From positions 26,505 through 90,504 of the forward strand of contig JBBTUY010000006.1 in the NCBI GenBank assembly GCA_038063515.1: DNA of 64,000 nt, read 5' to 3'. Shown here one piece after another: positions 9,372 through 19,115 of this stretch; position 1 is the first letter of the stretch; each line of letters begins with the position of its first letter. The position numbers and the translations under genes are program-made. The stretch is from Patescibacteria group bacterium (GTDB lineage Bacteria > Patescibacteriota > Minisyncoccia > Phycocordibacterales > UBA9973). The notes beneath the pieces are model-generated. The model saw only the letters and a program-made list of their open reading frames with translations. It was not told where the DNA came from and ran no database searches.

Positions 9372-11069
9372 ATGAGTGATTTTGATACAGAAAAAGAAAA
9401 TAAACAAATAGACGATATCCATAAACAAGAGGAGGAGGAGCTCGTGGCCATGCTTGCCGAGTCAAAATATGACCTCCCATACATAAACCTCTACAACACA
9501 AAAATAGACAACGAAGCCTTGAGAGCAATACCCGAAGAAGAAGCAACGAAAATGAATGTGGCGCCATTTAAACTTTTTGGTAAAAAGATTTTCATAGCTG
9601 TCCGCTCTCCCAGCCCCGAGCTTTTAAAAGAGTTAAGTGATATGGCTGAACGTAAAAATCTAACTCCAGAATTCTACATGGCAAGCAGTAGCAGTCTAGA
9701 GAAAACTTGGGATAGATATAAAGAAATTTCAATGGCTGAAAATACAAGAGTTGGAGGTCTTGATATCTCAGCAGAGATCTTACGAGATACAGCTAAGGAC
9801 ATACAGCACATAGGAGACATTGAGAAGCTAATTGCTACCACACTCAAAGAAAAAGAAACTCATAAGATCTCTCGCATCCTAGAAATAATTTTAGCAGGTG
9901 CCATAGCAGTGAAAGCCTCTGATATACACATAGAGCCAGAAAAGGAGCGTGGGAGATTGCGCCTAAGACTCGATGGAATACTCCAAGACATAATCTTTTT
10001 TGATTTAGATACATATCATTTACTGAACTCAAGAATTAAATTAATCTCACAATTAAAATTAACATCAAAAATAGCCCAAGATGGAAGATTTAATATCATC
10101 GAAAGCGATGAAGAGATAAGCATACGCGTATCCCTCATCCCTGGTGCGTACGGCGAGGCTATTGTCATGCGTATCCTTGATCCGAAATCCATCCAAGTAA
10201 ACATCGAGGAATTAGGAATAGAAAAATACCTTTTTGACATAATACAAAAAGAAATAATTAAACCAAACGGACTCATACTCGTCACAGGTCCTACAGGCTC
10301 AGGTAAAACAACGACTCTGTATGCATTCCTAAGGAAAATATATTCTCCAGAAATAAATATAATAACCATAGAAGACCCAGTCGAATACCACCTTGCAGGC
10401 ATAACCCAGACACAGACAGATGTGAAAAAGGGCTACAATTTCCCTGAAGGACTTCGCTCAGCACTTCGTCAAGATCCTGACGTCATGATGGTCGGAGAGA
10501 TACGTGATGATGAGACAGCAGAGATAGCAGTGCAATCCTCCCTCACAGGACACATGGTCTTCTCTACGCTTCATACGAACAACGCAGCTGGAGTCATCCC
10601 CCGCCTGATAGACCTCAAAGTAAATCCTAAGATATTAGTATCTGCACTTTCATTATCTATAGCTCAGAGACTCGTCCGCAAACTTTGCGCATCTTGTAAG
10701 GTTGAAAAAATATTAAATGAAGAAGAATCTAAAGTTATAAAACTCGTAATGGATAGTATTAAAGACGAAGGCAAAAGCTTGTCTAACTACAACATAAATC
10801 CTGACGCACCCATAAAAGTATTTAACGCTGTGGGTTGTGCTGTATGCAACAACATAGGGTATGTAGGAAGATTAGGAATTTTTGAAGCTATTAAAACAGA
10901 CGAAAATATAGAAAAAATAATTTTACAAAACCCAAGTGAGAGAGAAATTAAAAAGGTGGCCCGCACTCAAGGCATCCTCTCCATGCGTCAAGATGGCATA
11001 GTTAAAATCTTAAACGGCGTGACCTCTATGGCCGAGGTGCAGAGCGTGGTGGATTTATTAGAAGAATAA
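9372..11069 (+). CDS. pilB: Type IV pilus assembly / GspE-family ATPase (PilB-like)
   Basis: ASDIHIEP, GPTGSGKTTT, TIEDPVEY, LRQDPDVMMVGEIRD, STLHTN, two CxxC Zn motifs. Confidence 0.9.
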   Translation: MSDFDTEKENKQIDDIHKQEEEELVAMLAESKYDLPYINLYNTKIDNEALRAIPEEEATKMNVAPFKLFGKKIFIAVRSPSPELLKELSDMAERKNLTPEFYMASSSSLEKTWDRYKEISMAENTRVGGLDISAEILRDTAKDIQHIGDIEKLIATTLKEKETHKISRILEIILAGAIAVKASDIHIEPEKERGRLRLRLDGILQDIIFFDLDTYHLLNSRIKLISQLKLTSKIAQDGRFNIIESDEEISIRVSLIPGAYGEAIVMRILDPKSIQVNIEELGIEKYLFDIIQKEIIKPNGLILVTGPTGSGKTTTLYAFLRKIYSPEINIITIEDPVEYHLAGITQTQTDVKKGYNFPEGLRSALRQDPDVMMVGEIRDDETAEIAVQSSLTGHMVFSTLHTNNAAGVIPRLIDLKVNPKILVSALSLSIAQRLVRKLCASCKVEKILNEEESKVIKLVMDSIKDEGKSLSNYNINPDAPIKVFNAVGCAVCNNIGYVGRLGIFEAIKTDENIEKIILQNPSEREIKKVARTQGILSMRQDGIVKILNGVTSMAEVQSVVDLLEE

Positions 11070-11396
11070 AATTATAAAGAAAAACATATTGAGAGAGAAT
11101 GTAAACCTGAAAATTAGAAATAAAAAAAGCATTAATCTCTAAACAATCCTTCCAGGACTGAGCCCCGAAAGTAATAAATTATTATAGGATAGCACCAGAA
11201 GATAATAAAATCACCAGAACGTCCTACGCAAATTTATATAACCTTAATAGCTGATTGCTTAGAGATTAATGCCTTCTTTTTCACACCAAAGAATTGTACT
11301 ACATAGAAATATTAACAAGTGCTATACTGTGTATAGCTATGTTGATACCATGTTGATAAACTCTTTATTTTCATACTATAGCATACTATTTAGTTA

Positions 11397-12404
11397 ATGT
11401 CAACTATCATGCCCGACAATGAAACAACCGAAAAAAATGAAGATTCCTTCTTAGACCACACACTACGCCCCCAAGTGTGGGATGAATACATAGGTCAAAA
11501 ACATATAAAAGATAATGTGAAAATTCTTCTTGAAGCTGCGTCTGGCCGAGGACAAATACCAGAGCACATTTTATTCTACGGACCACCAGGACTCGGGAAA
11601 ACTACACTCGCACATTTGATAGCAAGAGAAACAGGTAGACAGATGAGGATAACTTCTGGTCCTGCGATAGAGAAAGTGGGCGACCTCGCATCCATACTCA
11701 CAAATCTCTCTAGTGGAGACATACTTTTTATAGACGAGATACATAGATTAAATAAAATGGTGGAGGAAATACTTTACCCCGCCATGGAGTCTGGTGTCCT
11801 CGACATCATCATAGGTAAAGGCCCATCTGCACGCACTATACAGCTCGACTTACCACCCTTTACGATGATAGCTGCAACGACACGCGTGGCTATGGTATCA
11901 TCTCCCCTTCGCTCCCGCTTCTCTGGAGGAGTTTTCCGTCTTGAGTTTTATTCTGATGAAGAGATAGCGCAGATCGTAGAGAGGTCTAGTAGACTTCTCG
12001 AGACAAAATTAGATAAAGAAGCATTAGAAGAAATAGCAAAAAGAAGTAGGTTTACACCCCGTACTGCAAACTATTTTTTAAAGAGGGTGCGTGACTATGC
12101 CCAAGTACACAAGAAGGACTTAGATCAAAAGACAGTGAAGGAAGCTTTAAATATGCTCGCGATAGACGACATAGGATTAAACGGAGATGACAGGAAATTT
12201 TTAGAAATTTTGATTGAAAAATTTAATGGTGGACCAGTGGGATTAAAGACCATGGGTGCTGCACTCGCAGAAGAAGAAGCTACGATAGAAGAAGTCATAG
12301 AGCCATACTTGATCCAGCTCGGACTCCTCGAACGCACAGCAAGAGGACGCATAGCGACAAAGAAAGCATACGAGCATCTCGGTTTTGATTTTATAGAAAA
12401 ATAA
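11397..12404 (+). CDS. ruvB: Holliday junction branch migration helicase RuvB
   Basis: LRP..YIGQ, GPPGLGKTTLA, FIDEIHRL, LYPAME, PLRSRF, EPYLIQLGLLERTARGR. Confidence 0.98.
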   Translation: MSTIMPDNETTEKNEDSFLDHTLRPQVWDEYIGQKHIKDNVKILLEAASGRGQIPEHILFYGPPGLGKTTLAHLIARETGRQMRITSGPAIEKVGDLASILTNLSSGDILFIDEIHRLNKMVEEILYPAMESGVLDIIIGKGPSARTIQLDLPPFTMIAATTRVAMVSSPLRSRFSGGVFRLEFYSDEEIAQIVERSSRLLETKLDKEALEEIAKRSRFTPRTANYFLKRVRDYAQVHKKDLDQKTVKEALNMLAIDDIGLNGDDRKFLEILIEKFNGGPVGLKTMGAALAEEEATIEEVIEPYLIQLGLLERTARGRIATKKAYEHLGFDFIEK

Positions 12405-12444
12405 AAAAAAGGGGTGAGAGTCGTGGGGATACGACTCTCACCCC
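12403..12444 (-). terminator. Intrinsic terminator-like hairpin at the ruvB 3' end, U-tract on the minus strand
   Basis: A-run followed by GGGGTGAGAGTCGT-GGGGAT-ACGACTCTCACCCC, perfect 14-bp stem. Confidence 0.7.
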
Positions 12445-12664
12445 AACAGGATGGAGAAACCTATTACAGGTTCTTCTTAACTGTATTATTAAAGGTGTAA
12501 AAATGCAAATATGTTTATCCACATATATAAACATATAAATTTTAAAAATTTATTAAAAAGCAACAAAGGCCAAGCTGACGAGAACGTCAGCTTGGCTCTT
12601 GGTTGGACCTCAGGATGTGTAACACATCAGCTGAGCCTAAGTTGTCTAAATCGACAACTTAGGC

Positions 12665-12742
12665 TCAGCTCTCCTCGGCCTCTTCCATTTCAAATGGAAG
12701 AGGCCGATCGAGGTCTCTTGGCTCGATCGGAATAACATTCAT
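12665..12742 (-). CDS. Putative 25-aa peptide MNVIPIEPRDLDRPLPFEMEEAEES
   Basis: ATG preceded by AAAGGAG (SD-like) 6 nt upstream; stop lies in a perfect 18-bp hairpin. Confidence 0.35.
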   Translation of the reverse strand: MNVIPIEPRDLDRPLPFEMEEAEES

Positions 12743-12906
12743 GATTTTCTCCTTTCGAACCCAAAGGGGTTCGAAAAAATAAATTTTAGCACCTCCCCCA
12801 ACAGTCCTAAAAGACCAGGGAGGCACTTTCAAATAAAGAAGAACATATTGAGAGAGAAAATACAAATAAAGTTATCCCCACCCCAAAGACATGCTAGACT
12901 TAAGAT

Positions 12907-13410
12907 ATGGCAAGAATTTTAGGCATAGATCCGGGATATGAGAGACTCGGTATAGCGGTTTTAGAAAAGTCCTCCTCTGCACAAGGCTACAGAAGACTAA
13001 AAGAAAAAGTTTTATTTTCTGAATGTTTTAAAACTTCGAGTAAGTTACCCTTCGAAGAGAGGCTACTTCTCATCGCAGATGAGGCAAAAAGTGTCATAGA
13101 AAAATACAAGCCAGAAATACTATCTATCGAGACTTTGTTTCTAAATACAAATCAAAAGACTGTGATGCACGTAGCCGAAGCACGAGGTGTCATCATATGT
13201 GAAGCTATGAGGGCAGGTATGAAAGTATTTGAAGCGACTCCACTCCAGATAAAGATAGCGACGACAGGTTATGGAAGAGCAGATAAAACTCAAATGATAA
13301 AAATGGTAAAGATGCTCGTAGAGATAGATGAGAGTAAAAAGTCTGATGATGAACTCGACGCTATAGCCATAGCCCTCACTGCTTTTGCGAATCTAAGATT
13401 ACAGAGTTAA
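12907..13410 (+). CDS. ruvC: Crossover junction endodeoxyribonuclease RuvC
   Basis: ILGIDPG, IETLF, VAEARGV, GYGRADK, DDELDAIAIAL. Confidence 0.96.
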   Translation: MARILGIDPGYERLGIAVLEKSSSAQGYRRLKEKVLFSECFKTSSKLPFEERLLLIADEAKSVIEKYKPEILSIETLFLNTNQKTVMHVAEARGVIICEAMRAGMKVFEATPLQIKIATTGYGRADKTQMIKMVKMLVEIDESKKSDDELDAIAIALTAFANLRLQS

Positions 13411-13553
13411 AAATTTTCTTTAATACGACTTTTTATAGAAAATTTTTATACTTTGGGAGTTATCCACATTTTTTATTGCATAGTTTTTTATATTTTGTTA
13501 CAAAGGAGTCATTATTAGGGTTTTTAATAAAAAATTAAACATTTTAATTTCTT

Positions 13554-13688
13554 ATGAGTTACGATGAAGAAGAAAAGTTAGATGAAGAAGGAGTTTTTAA
13601 GATGGATGACGATGATGGATTAGATGACATGCCAGAAGGCTTTGTAGATGATACTGACAGCGACGATCCTGACGATAAATTCCACTAA
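13554..13688 (+). CDS. Putative 44-aa highly acidic protein
   Basis: MSYDEEEKLDEEGVFKMDDDDGLDDMPEGFVDDTDSDDPDDKFH*, 21 of 44 residues D/E; followed at once by a terminator. Confidence 0.6.
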   Translation: MSYDEEEKLDEEGVFKMDDDDGLDDMPEGFVDDTDSDDPDDKFH

Positions 13689-13720
13689 AACAAAACACCC
13701 CTAGAGGGGTGTTTTGTTTT
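13687..13720. terminator. Bidirectional intrinsic terminator between the acidic ORF and tyrS
   Basis: AAAACAAAACACCCC-TAGA-GGGGTGTTTTGTTTT. Confidence 0.8.
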
Positions 13721-14916
13721 TATTTTACATTTATCTTCAGAAACTTTTTCTTCCCTATTTTAAGTATTATATTATTTTTTATTTTAAAGCTTACTTCTAA
13801 GATGCGTGTGTTCCCAGACAGGTCGTGTATGGACTTACTTAGGACAAGCCTTCGCCACTCACTTTTTGAAGGAAGTATTTTTTTAGTTATCAAAACCTCA
13901 CCTAGGGTCTCCCCTGTTTTTGCTCGTATCTCCTCCATTTCTTCTGGTACTTCTTTTTTCTGGAAAGTACTAGAAAAATTCTCTTCTGCTTTTTCCGCTT
14001 CCTCTTTACTGTGGTAAAAAGAAACTATTTCCTTAGCAAGTATTTTTTTGAATTGCATTGGGTTAGCACCGCTTTCCACTTTTTTTCTCATTTCGTTAAT
14101 TTCTTCAATAGGGACACGAGTTACAAGTTCAAAGTAATCAAAAATAACATCGTCAATTACAGACATAATTTGCCCATACATATCACTTGGTGTGGCAGAA
14201 ATTGGTATAAAGTTTTGTAAACTTTTACCCATCGGTCTTCCATCCGATCCAAGTAATAATTTCATAACCACAGCGGATTGAGGCTCGAGTCCGAAAGATG
14301 GCATTATGTGTCGCCCCGCAAGAAGATTAAAGGTTTGATCTGTACCACCAAGCTCTACGTCACACTTAAGAGCCACGGAGTCGTATCCCTGCATAAGTGG
14401 GTACATAAATTCATCTAATCCAATTTCATTACCAGATTTATATCTTTGCATGAAAGACTGACGATCAAGCATCTGAGCAAGAGAAAACTGCTTTGTTAGA
14501 TTTATAACATCATTAAAGTTTAAATCTTTTAGCCATTCTGAATTATGTCTAATTTCTGTCTGTCTCTCTATTACTGTCTTAAAAAATTGATCTTTGTATT
14601 TTTTTTCATTTTCCTTGATTTCCTCGGAAGTGGTTTCTTTTCGCATATCAACCTTATCTGAATGATCTCCCACCAGAGTTGTGAAATCTCCAATAATCAA
14701 AGTAACTTTATGCCCAAGTTCTTGGAAGTCTCTAAGTTTTCTGTGTATAACTGAGTGGCCCAAATGTAGAAAGGACCCTGTAACATCTGTGCCCAATTTG
14801 AAATGCAGCCTCTTTCCACTAAGAAGTTTCTTACGGAGCTCCTCTTTTGTAAAAACTTCATGAACTCCACGACTTAAAATCTCATCTATTGTTTTCGGGT
14901 CAGTTACTACTTTCAT
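13720..14916 (-). CDS. tyrS: Tyrosine--tRNA ligase
   Basis: HLGH (HIGH motif), YPLMQGYD, GGTDQTFN, PMGKS (KMSKS variant), S4-like C-terminus; start taken at MKVVTD. Confidence 0.96.
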   Translation of the reverse strand: MKVVTDPKTIDEILSRGVHEVFTKEELRKKLLSGKRLHFKLGTDVTGSFLHLGHSVIHRKLRDFQELGHKVTLIIGDFTTLVGDHSDKVDMRKETTSEEIKENEKKYKDQFFKTVIERQTEIRHNSEWLKDLNFNDVINLTKQFSLAQMLDRQSFMQRYKSGNEIGLDEFMYPLMQGYDSVALKCDVELGGTDQTFNLLAGRHIMPSFGLEPQSAVVMKLLLGSDGRPMGKSLQNFIPISATPSDMYGQIMSVIDDVIFDYFELVTRVPIEEINEMRKKVESGANPMQFKKILAKEIVSFYHSKEEAEKAEENFSSTFQKKEVPEEMEEIRAKTGETLGEVLITKKILPSKSEWRRLVLSKSIHDLSGNTRILEVSFKIKNNIILKIGKKKFLKINVK

Positions 14917-14953
14917 GCTCGAATAATAACACATTTTCTGCTATACTTCAAAA

Positions 14954-17527
14954 ATGGAAATGTTAAAGGAATTGTTTAAAAAATTAAAGAAAAATACTCT
15001 TAAAATAATATATGGGTTAAAGAAAGATAAGCACCTAGTAAAAAACATAATCATGTTTGGTGTGGGTATTTCTGTATTTTTTATAGCTGTTGTACTCATA
15101 TGGATCCTATCCCTTGAAATCCCAGATTTTAAATCTTTCGAGGATAGAAAAGTAGAAAATTCTACAAAGATATACGATCGCACAGGGGAAATACTTCTCT
15201 ACGATATACACCGCGATGCTAAAAGGACAGATATAACATTCGACAAAATTGGATCAAATATAAAAAATGCTACTCTTGCTATCGAAGATGCAGAGTTTTA
15301 CAACCACAGTGGTATACGCATAAGTTCTATAATGCGAGCAATAATATCAAACTTTTTTAGTACAGGTCGTACTCAAGGTGGATCTACTATAACCCAACAA
15401 TTAGTAAAAAATACACTCTTAACACAAGAAAGGTCTTATACAAGAAAAATAAAAGAGTGGGTTCTCGCACTTAAAATAGAGAAGTCTCTAAGTAAAGATC
15501 AGATTTTTGAGCATTATTTAAATGAGGCACCATACGGAGGAAATGTATACGGGATACAAGAAGCAAGTAACACATACTTTGATACTGATGCCTCTACTCT
15601 GACTCTCGCTCAAGCCGCATATCTTTCTGCAATACCTCAATCCCCTACAAGCCTATCTCCATACGGGAAAAATAAAGATAAACTAGAAGCTAGAAAAAAT
15701 CTAGTCTTATCAAGAATGCTTGATTTAAAATTTATAACTGAAGATGAATACAATCAAGCAAAAAATGAAGTTGTTTTATTCCAGCCTCAATCTGCTACAG
15801 GTATAAAAGCTGCTCATTTTGTATTTTTCATAAAAGAATATATAGAAGAAAAATATGGGCCAGAGTTATTAGAACAAGGTGGTATAAAAATCACTACGAC
15901 AATAGATTACAAGCTACAAGAAAAAGCTGAAGAAATAGTTAAAAATGGCGCACTACAAAACAAAAAAGACTGGAATGGTGAGAATGCTAGCCTAGTAGCA
16001 ATAGATCCAAAAACGGGGCAAATCTTAACAATGGTAGGCTCTAGGGATTACTTTGACAAAGAAATAGATGGAAACTTCAACGTAGCTACAGCCTCAAGAC
16101 AGCCAGGCTCTGCTTTTAAACCTTTCATATATGCAACAGCATTTAATAAAGGATTTACTCCGAGCACTGTATTGTTTGACCTGCCTACAGAATTCCAAAC
16201 TACATGTAATGCATATGGAAAAGCACTAGCAGGTCACAGTCAAAGTGACTGCTATATGCCAGAAAACTATGATGGTAAAACTGTTGGACCAATGACTCTA
16301 CGTAGTGCACTTGCTGAATCTCGAAACATCCCCGCAGTAAAGCTTTTCTACCTTGCTGGACTTGCAGACTCACTTAGGACGGCAGAAGAAATGGGCATAA
16401 GCACACTCACAGATGTGGGACGCTATGGACTAACTCTCGTTATCGGAGGTGGTGAAGTGAAGTTGCTAGATATAACAAGCGCATTTGGAGTATTTGCTAA
16501 CAGTGGTATAAGAAACCCTAGCACGGGAATACTAAAAATAGAAAGATTAAATGGAGAAATATTAGAGGAATTTAAACAAAATGAAAAAGAAGTATTACCA
16601 AAGAATACCGCGCTTATACTCTCAGACATAATGTCTGATGAGAAAGCGAGAATTCCTACATTCGGAGCACGCTCTCCTTTATATATACCTGGTGTAGATG
16701 TAGCAGTAAAAACAGGAACAACAAACAACAACAAAGATGCATGGACAATAGGCTACACACCCTCCATAGCTGTCGGCGTCTGGGCAGGAAACAACGACAA
16801 CAAGGCCATGAAAAAAGGTGGTGTTGCACTCGCTGGACCTATTTGGAATAAATTTATGAATGAAGCATTAAAAGTAATGCCTAGTGAGAACTTTGAGGAA
16901 CCAAACCTATACTATGATCCACAAGAAGTAAAACCAATACTACGTGGATTTTGGCAAGGAAATGAAAACTTCTTTATAGATAAAATTTCTGGAAAATTAG
17001 CGACAGAGTTTACCCCGCCTGAAACAATTCAAGAAAAAGTTGTTACAAACGTACACTCCATACTCTACTGGGTAGATAGAAACAACATAACAGGACCAGC
17101 ACCCAAAAATCCGACAAGTAATGCACAATTTAATAACTGGGAAATTCCAATACAAAACTGGTGGGCAAAAAACAGTAGTAGATACCCGCAAACTAGCTGG
17201 AGTGAGAAACCAAATGCAATAGATGACATACACACAGAGAACACAGAAAATAATAAAATCATCCACGTGGTTGAACCAAACGAAGATACAGTTTACCAAA
17301 AAGATCAGAAGATAAATCTAAAAATTCAAAAAACTGGTAATTTTCCTTTAGTAAAAATGGATATATTTATTAACAATACATACATAGATACAGTAGAATC
17401 ACCTTTTACTTTCTCTTTTACACCCTCAAACATAGAAGATATACAAGATGAAAATGAGCTAAAAATAATATCCTACAATAGTGTTTACAATAAAAGTGAA
17501 AATATTGTAAATTTTAAAGTTGAATAA
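14954..17527 (+). CDS. Class A penicillin-binding protein (transglycosylase/transpeptidase) with C-terminal Ig-like domain
   Basis: EDAEFYNHSG, QGGSTITQQLVKN, RKIKE, SAFK (SxxK), SRN, KTGT. Confidence 0.95.
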   Translation: MEMLKELFKKLKKNTLKIIYGLKKDKHLVKNIIMFGVGISVFFIAVVLIWILSLEIPDFKSFEDRKVENSTKIYDRTGEILLYDIHRDAKRTDITFDKIGSNIKNATLAIEDAEFYNHSGIRISSIMRAIISNFFSTGRTQGGSTITQQLVKNTLLTQERSYTRKIKEWVLALKIEKSLSKDQIFEHYLNEAPYGGNVYGIQEASNTYFDTDASTLTLAQAAYLSAIPQSPTSLSPYGKNKDKLEARKNLVLSRMLDLKFITEDEYNQAKNEVVLFQPQSATGIKAAHFVFFIKEYIEEKYGPELLEQGGIKITTTIDYKLQEKAEEIVKNGALQNKKDWNGENASLVAIDPKTGQILTMVGSRDYFDKEIDGNFNVATASRQPGSAFKPFIYATAFNKGFTPSTVLFDLPTEFQTTCNAYGKALAGHSQSDCYMPENYDGKTVGPMTLRSALAESRNIPAVKLFYLAGLADSLRTAEEMGISTLTDVGRYGLTLVIGGGEVKLLDITSAFGVFANSGIRNPSTGILKIERLNGEILEEFKQNEKEVLPKNTALILSDIMSDEKARIPTFGARSPLYIPGVDVAVKTGTTNNNKDAWTIGYTPSIAVGVWAGNNDNKAMKKGGVALAGPIWNKFMNEALKVMPSENFEEPNLYYDPQEVKPILRGFWQGNENFFIDKISGKLATEFTPPETIQEKVVTNVHSILYWVDRNNITGPAPKNPTSNAQFNNWEIPIQNWWAKNSSRYPQTSWSEKPNAIDDIHTENTENNKIIHVVEPNEDTVYQKDQKINLKIQKTGNFPLVKMDIFINNTYIDTVESPFTFSFTPSNIEDIQDENELKIISYNSVYNKSENIVNFKVE

Positions 17528-17530
17528 TAA

Positions 17531-17788
17531 TTACCTTATTTTTTTAGGAGCCTTCTCCCCTATCCTTTTTAACAGGATATTATAAATCTCTTCTTGTCTT
17601 ATGAGGATTTCGTTTTTATAGATCGGTTTTATGTTTAAATAAATAATATTATTTTTTATTTTTACATCTTCTCTTTTTACTTCTATTCCCAGAACTTCAT
17701 ATAGAGCTTCTCTTATAAGCTCAACTTTTAAACCCCCTTTTACAAGTATGTTGTCAAACTTACTAAGTAAATCTTTTATTTCTATCAT
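17531..17788 (-). CDS. Small hypothetical protein downstream of dnaN (possibly DciA/DUF721-like)
   Basis: 85 aa, 6 nt from dnaN; the DciA guess rests on position and size only. Confidence 0.55.
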   Translation of the reverse strand: MIEIKDLLSKFDNILVKGGLKVELIREALYEVLGIEVKREDVKIKNNIIYLNIKPIYKNEILIRQEEIYNILLKRIGEKAPKKIR

Positions 17789-17794
17789 TAAAGA

Positions 17795-18892
17795 CTACCT
17801 ATTCATAGGCATAATAAGATACGTAAAAGAAGTATCAGAAACAGCAGAAACGACGATAGGGCGAGAGGTGTCGTGAAGTTTTATAGATATGCTATCTGTT
17901 GTTATAGACTGGAAACAATCTAAGAAGTATTTATAGTTAAAACCGAGCTCTACATTTTCTCCTTGTATAGCAGCATCTAAAAGTGTTTTATTTTCACCAA
18001 CATCATTATTAAAGGAAGATAATTCAAAAACTTTTTCTTTTGGTTTAATTACAAGATTAACTTGGTTAAATTTATCTGAAAATATATTAGATAGCTTTAG
18101 TGCGTTTAAAAGGTCTTGTTTAAGTAAGGTGGTTGTTGTTTTAAATTCTTTAGGAATAATTTGATGGTAATCAGGGAAAATGCCGTCTATGACACGGGAT
18201 GTCAGATATATATCATCAGAAGAAAAAGAAATTGAGTTTTTATTAAAACAAACCTTGATATTTCCTTTATAATCTCCGAAAATTCTAAGCATTTCTGAAA
18301 CATTTTTATATGGAATAAGGATGCCGAGTATCTCTGGTACACCTTTTACTTTTATCTTTTTCTCTGCAAGTCTAAATGAGTCTGTGGAAACAAAGACAAG
18401 GTTATCATCTTTTGTATACATAAAAACACTTGAAATTTCAGGTTTTATATCCGAAATAGATGAGCTGTAGTATACAGATTTTATTCCATTTATTAATTTA
18501 AGAGATTCTATTTCAAAAGTCTCCCCCACAACCCTTGGTATAGTAGGGAAATCATCGTGTGGTTGACCTTTTACTTTTATAGTACTTCTTTTGGTTTTTA
18601 TTAATAAATTTCCATCAACACCTTCAAATGAAATAGTTTCGTTTTGAAATAAATTAGAAAGTATCCCGGACAAAACAGAGCCGGAAACAGCCACAATACC
18701 CTCTTTCTCTACTTTAGCTGGTATGTCTACTTCTATGCCGAGGCTTAGGTTTGTAGATCTAATTTTTAATTTCTTATCTACCGCAATAAGTAGTACAGAG
18801 CTTAGTATTGGCAGAGTTAAATTTTTACCAGTAATCTTTTCTGCTTGGGTAATTCCGTTTTTGATTTGTTCTATTTTACATTCTAATTTCAT
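17795..18892 (-). CDS. dnaN: DNA polymerase III beta sliding clamp
   Basis: LPILSSVLL, STDSFRLAE, SRVIDGIFPDY, YLIMPM. Confidence 0.97.
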   Translation of the reverse strand: MKLECKIEQIKNGITQAEKITGKNLTLPILSSVLLIAVDKKLKIRSTNLSLGIEVDIPAKVEKEGIVAVSGSVLSGILSNLFQNETISFEGVDGNLLIKTKRSTIKVKGQPHDDFPTIPRVVGETFEIESLKLINGIKSVYYSSSISDIKPEISSVFMYTKDDNLVFVSTDSFRLAEKKIKVKGVPEILGILIPYKNVSEMLRIFGDYKGNIKVCFNKNSISFSSDDIYLTSRVIDGIFPDYHQIIPKEFKTTTTLLKQDLLNALKLSNIFSDKFNQVNLVIKPKEKVFELSSFNNDVGENKTLLDAAIQGENVELGFNYKYFLDCFQSITTDSISIKLHDTSRPIVVSAVSDTSFTYLIMPMNR

Positions 18893-19115
18893 TTGTTTAT
18901 ATTTTATATATTAAATTTATTAGTACTATTAGTGGTGTTAATAAGTGGATAACTTTTTCTACTTATATTTTATATACCTAAGTTACATAATTTCAATTTA
19001 ATTTTTATCTAATAACTCTCTTTAATTTATGCTAACTTTTTCACCTATTTCTTATCATTACCTTTTATTATTTTTAATTCACATATTATTTTTATTTATA
19101 CACACTTTATTCAGC
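18893..19115. promoter_or_regulatory. oriC: Probable oriC unwinding region (dnaA-dnaN intergenic)
   Basis: Very AT-rich. On the minus strand, box TTATCCACT (18944-18952) and degenerate TTATTAACA (18936-18944) are followed by CCA CTA ATA GTA CTA ATA, resembling the tandem DnaA-box plus DnaA-trio layout of the B. subtilis unwinding site. Confidence 0.7.
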
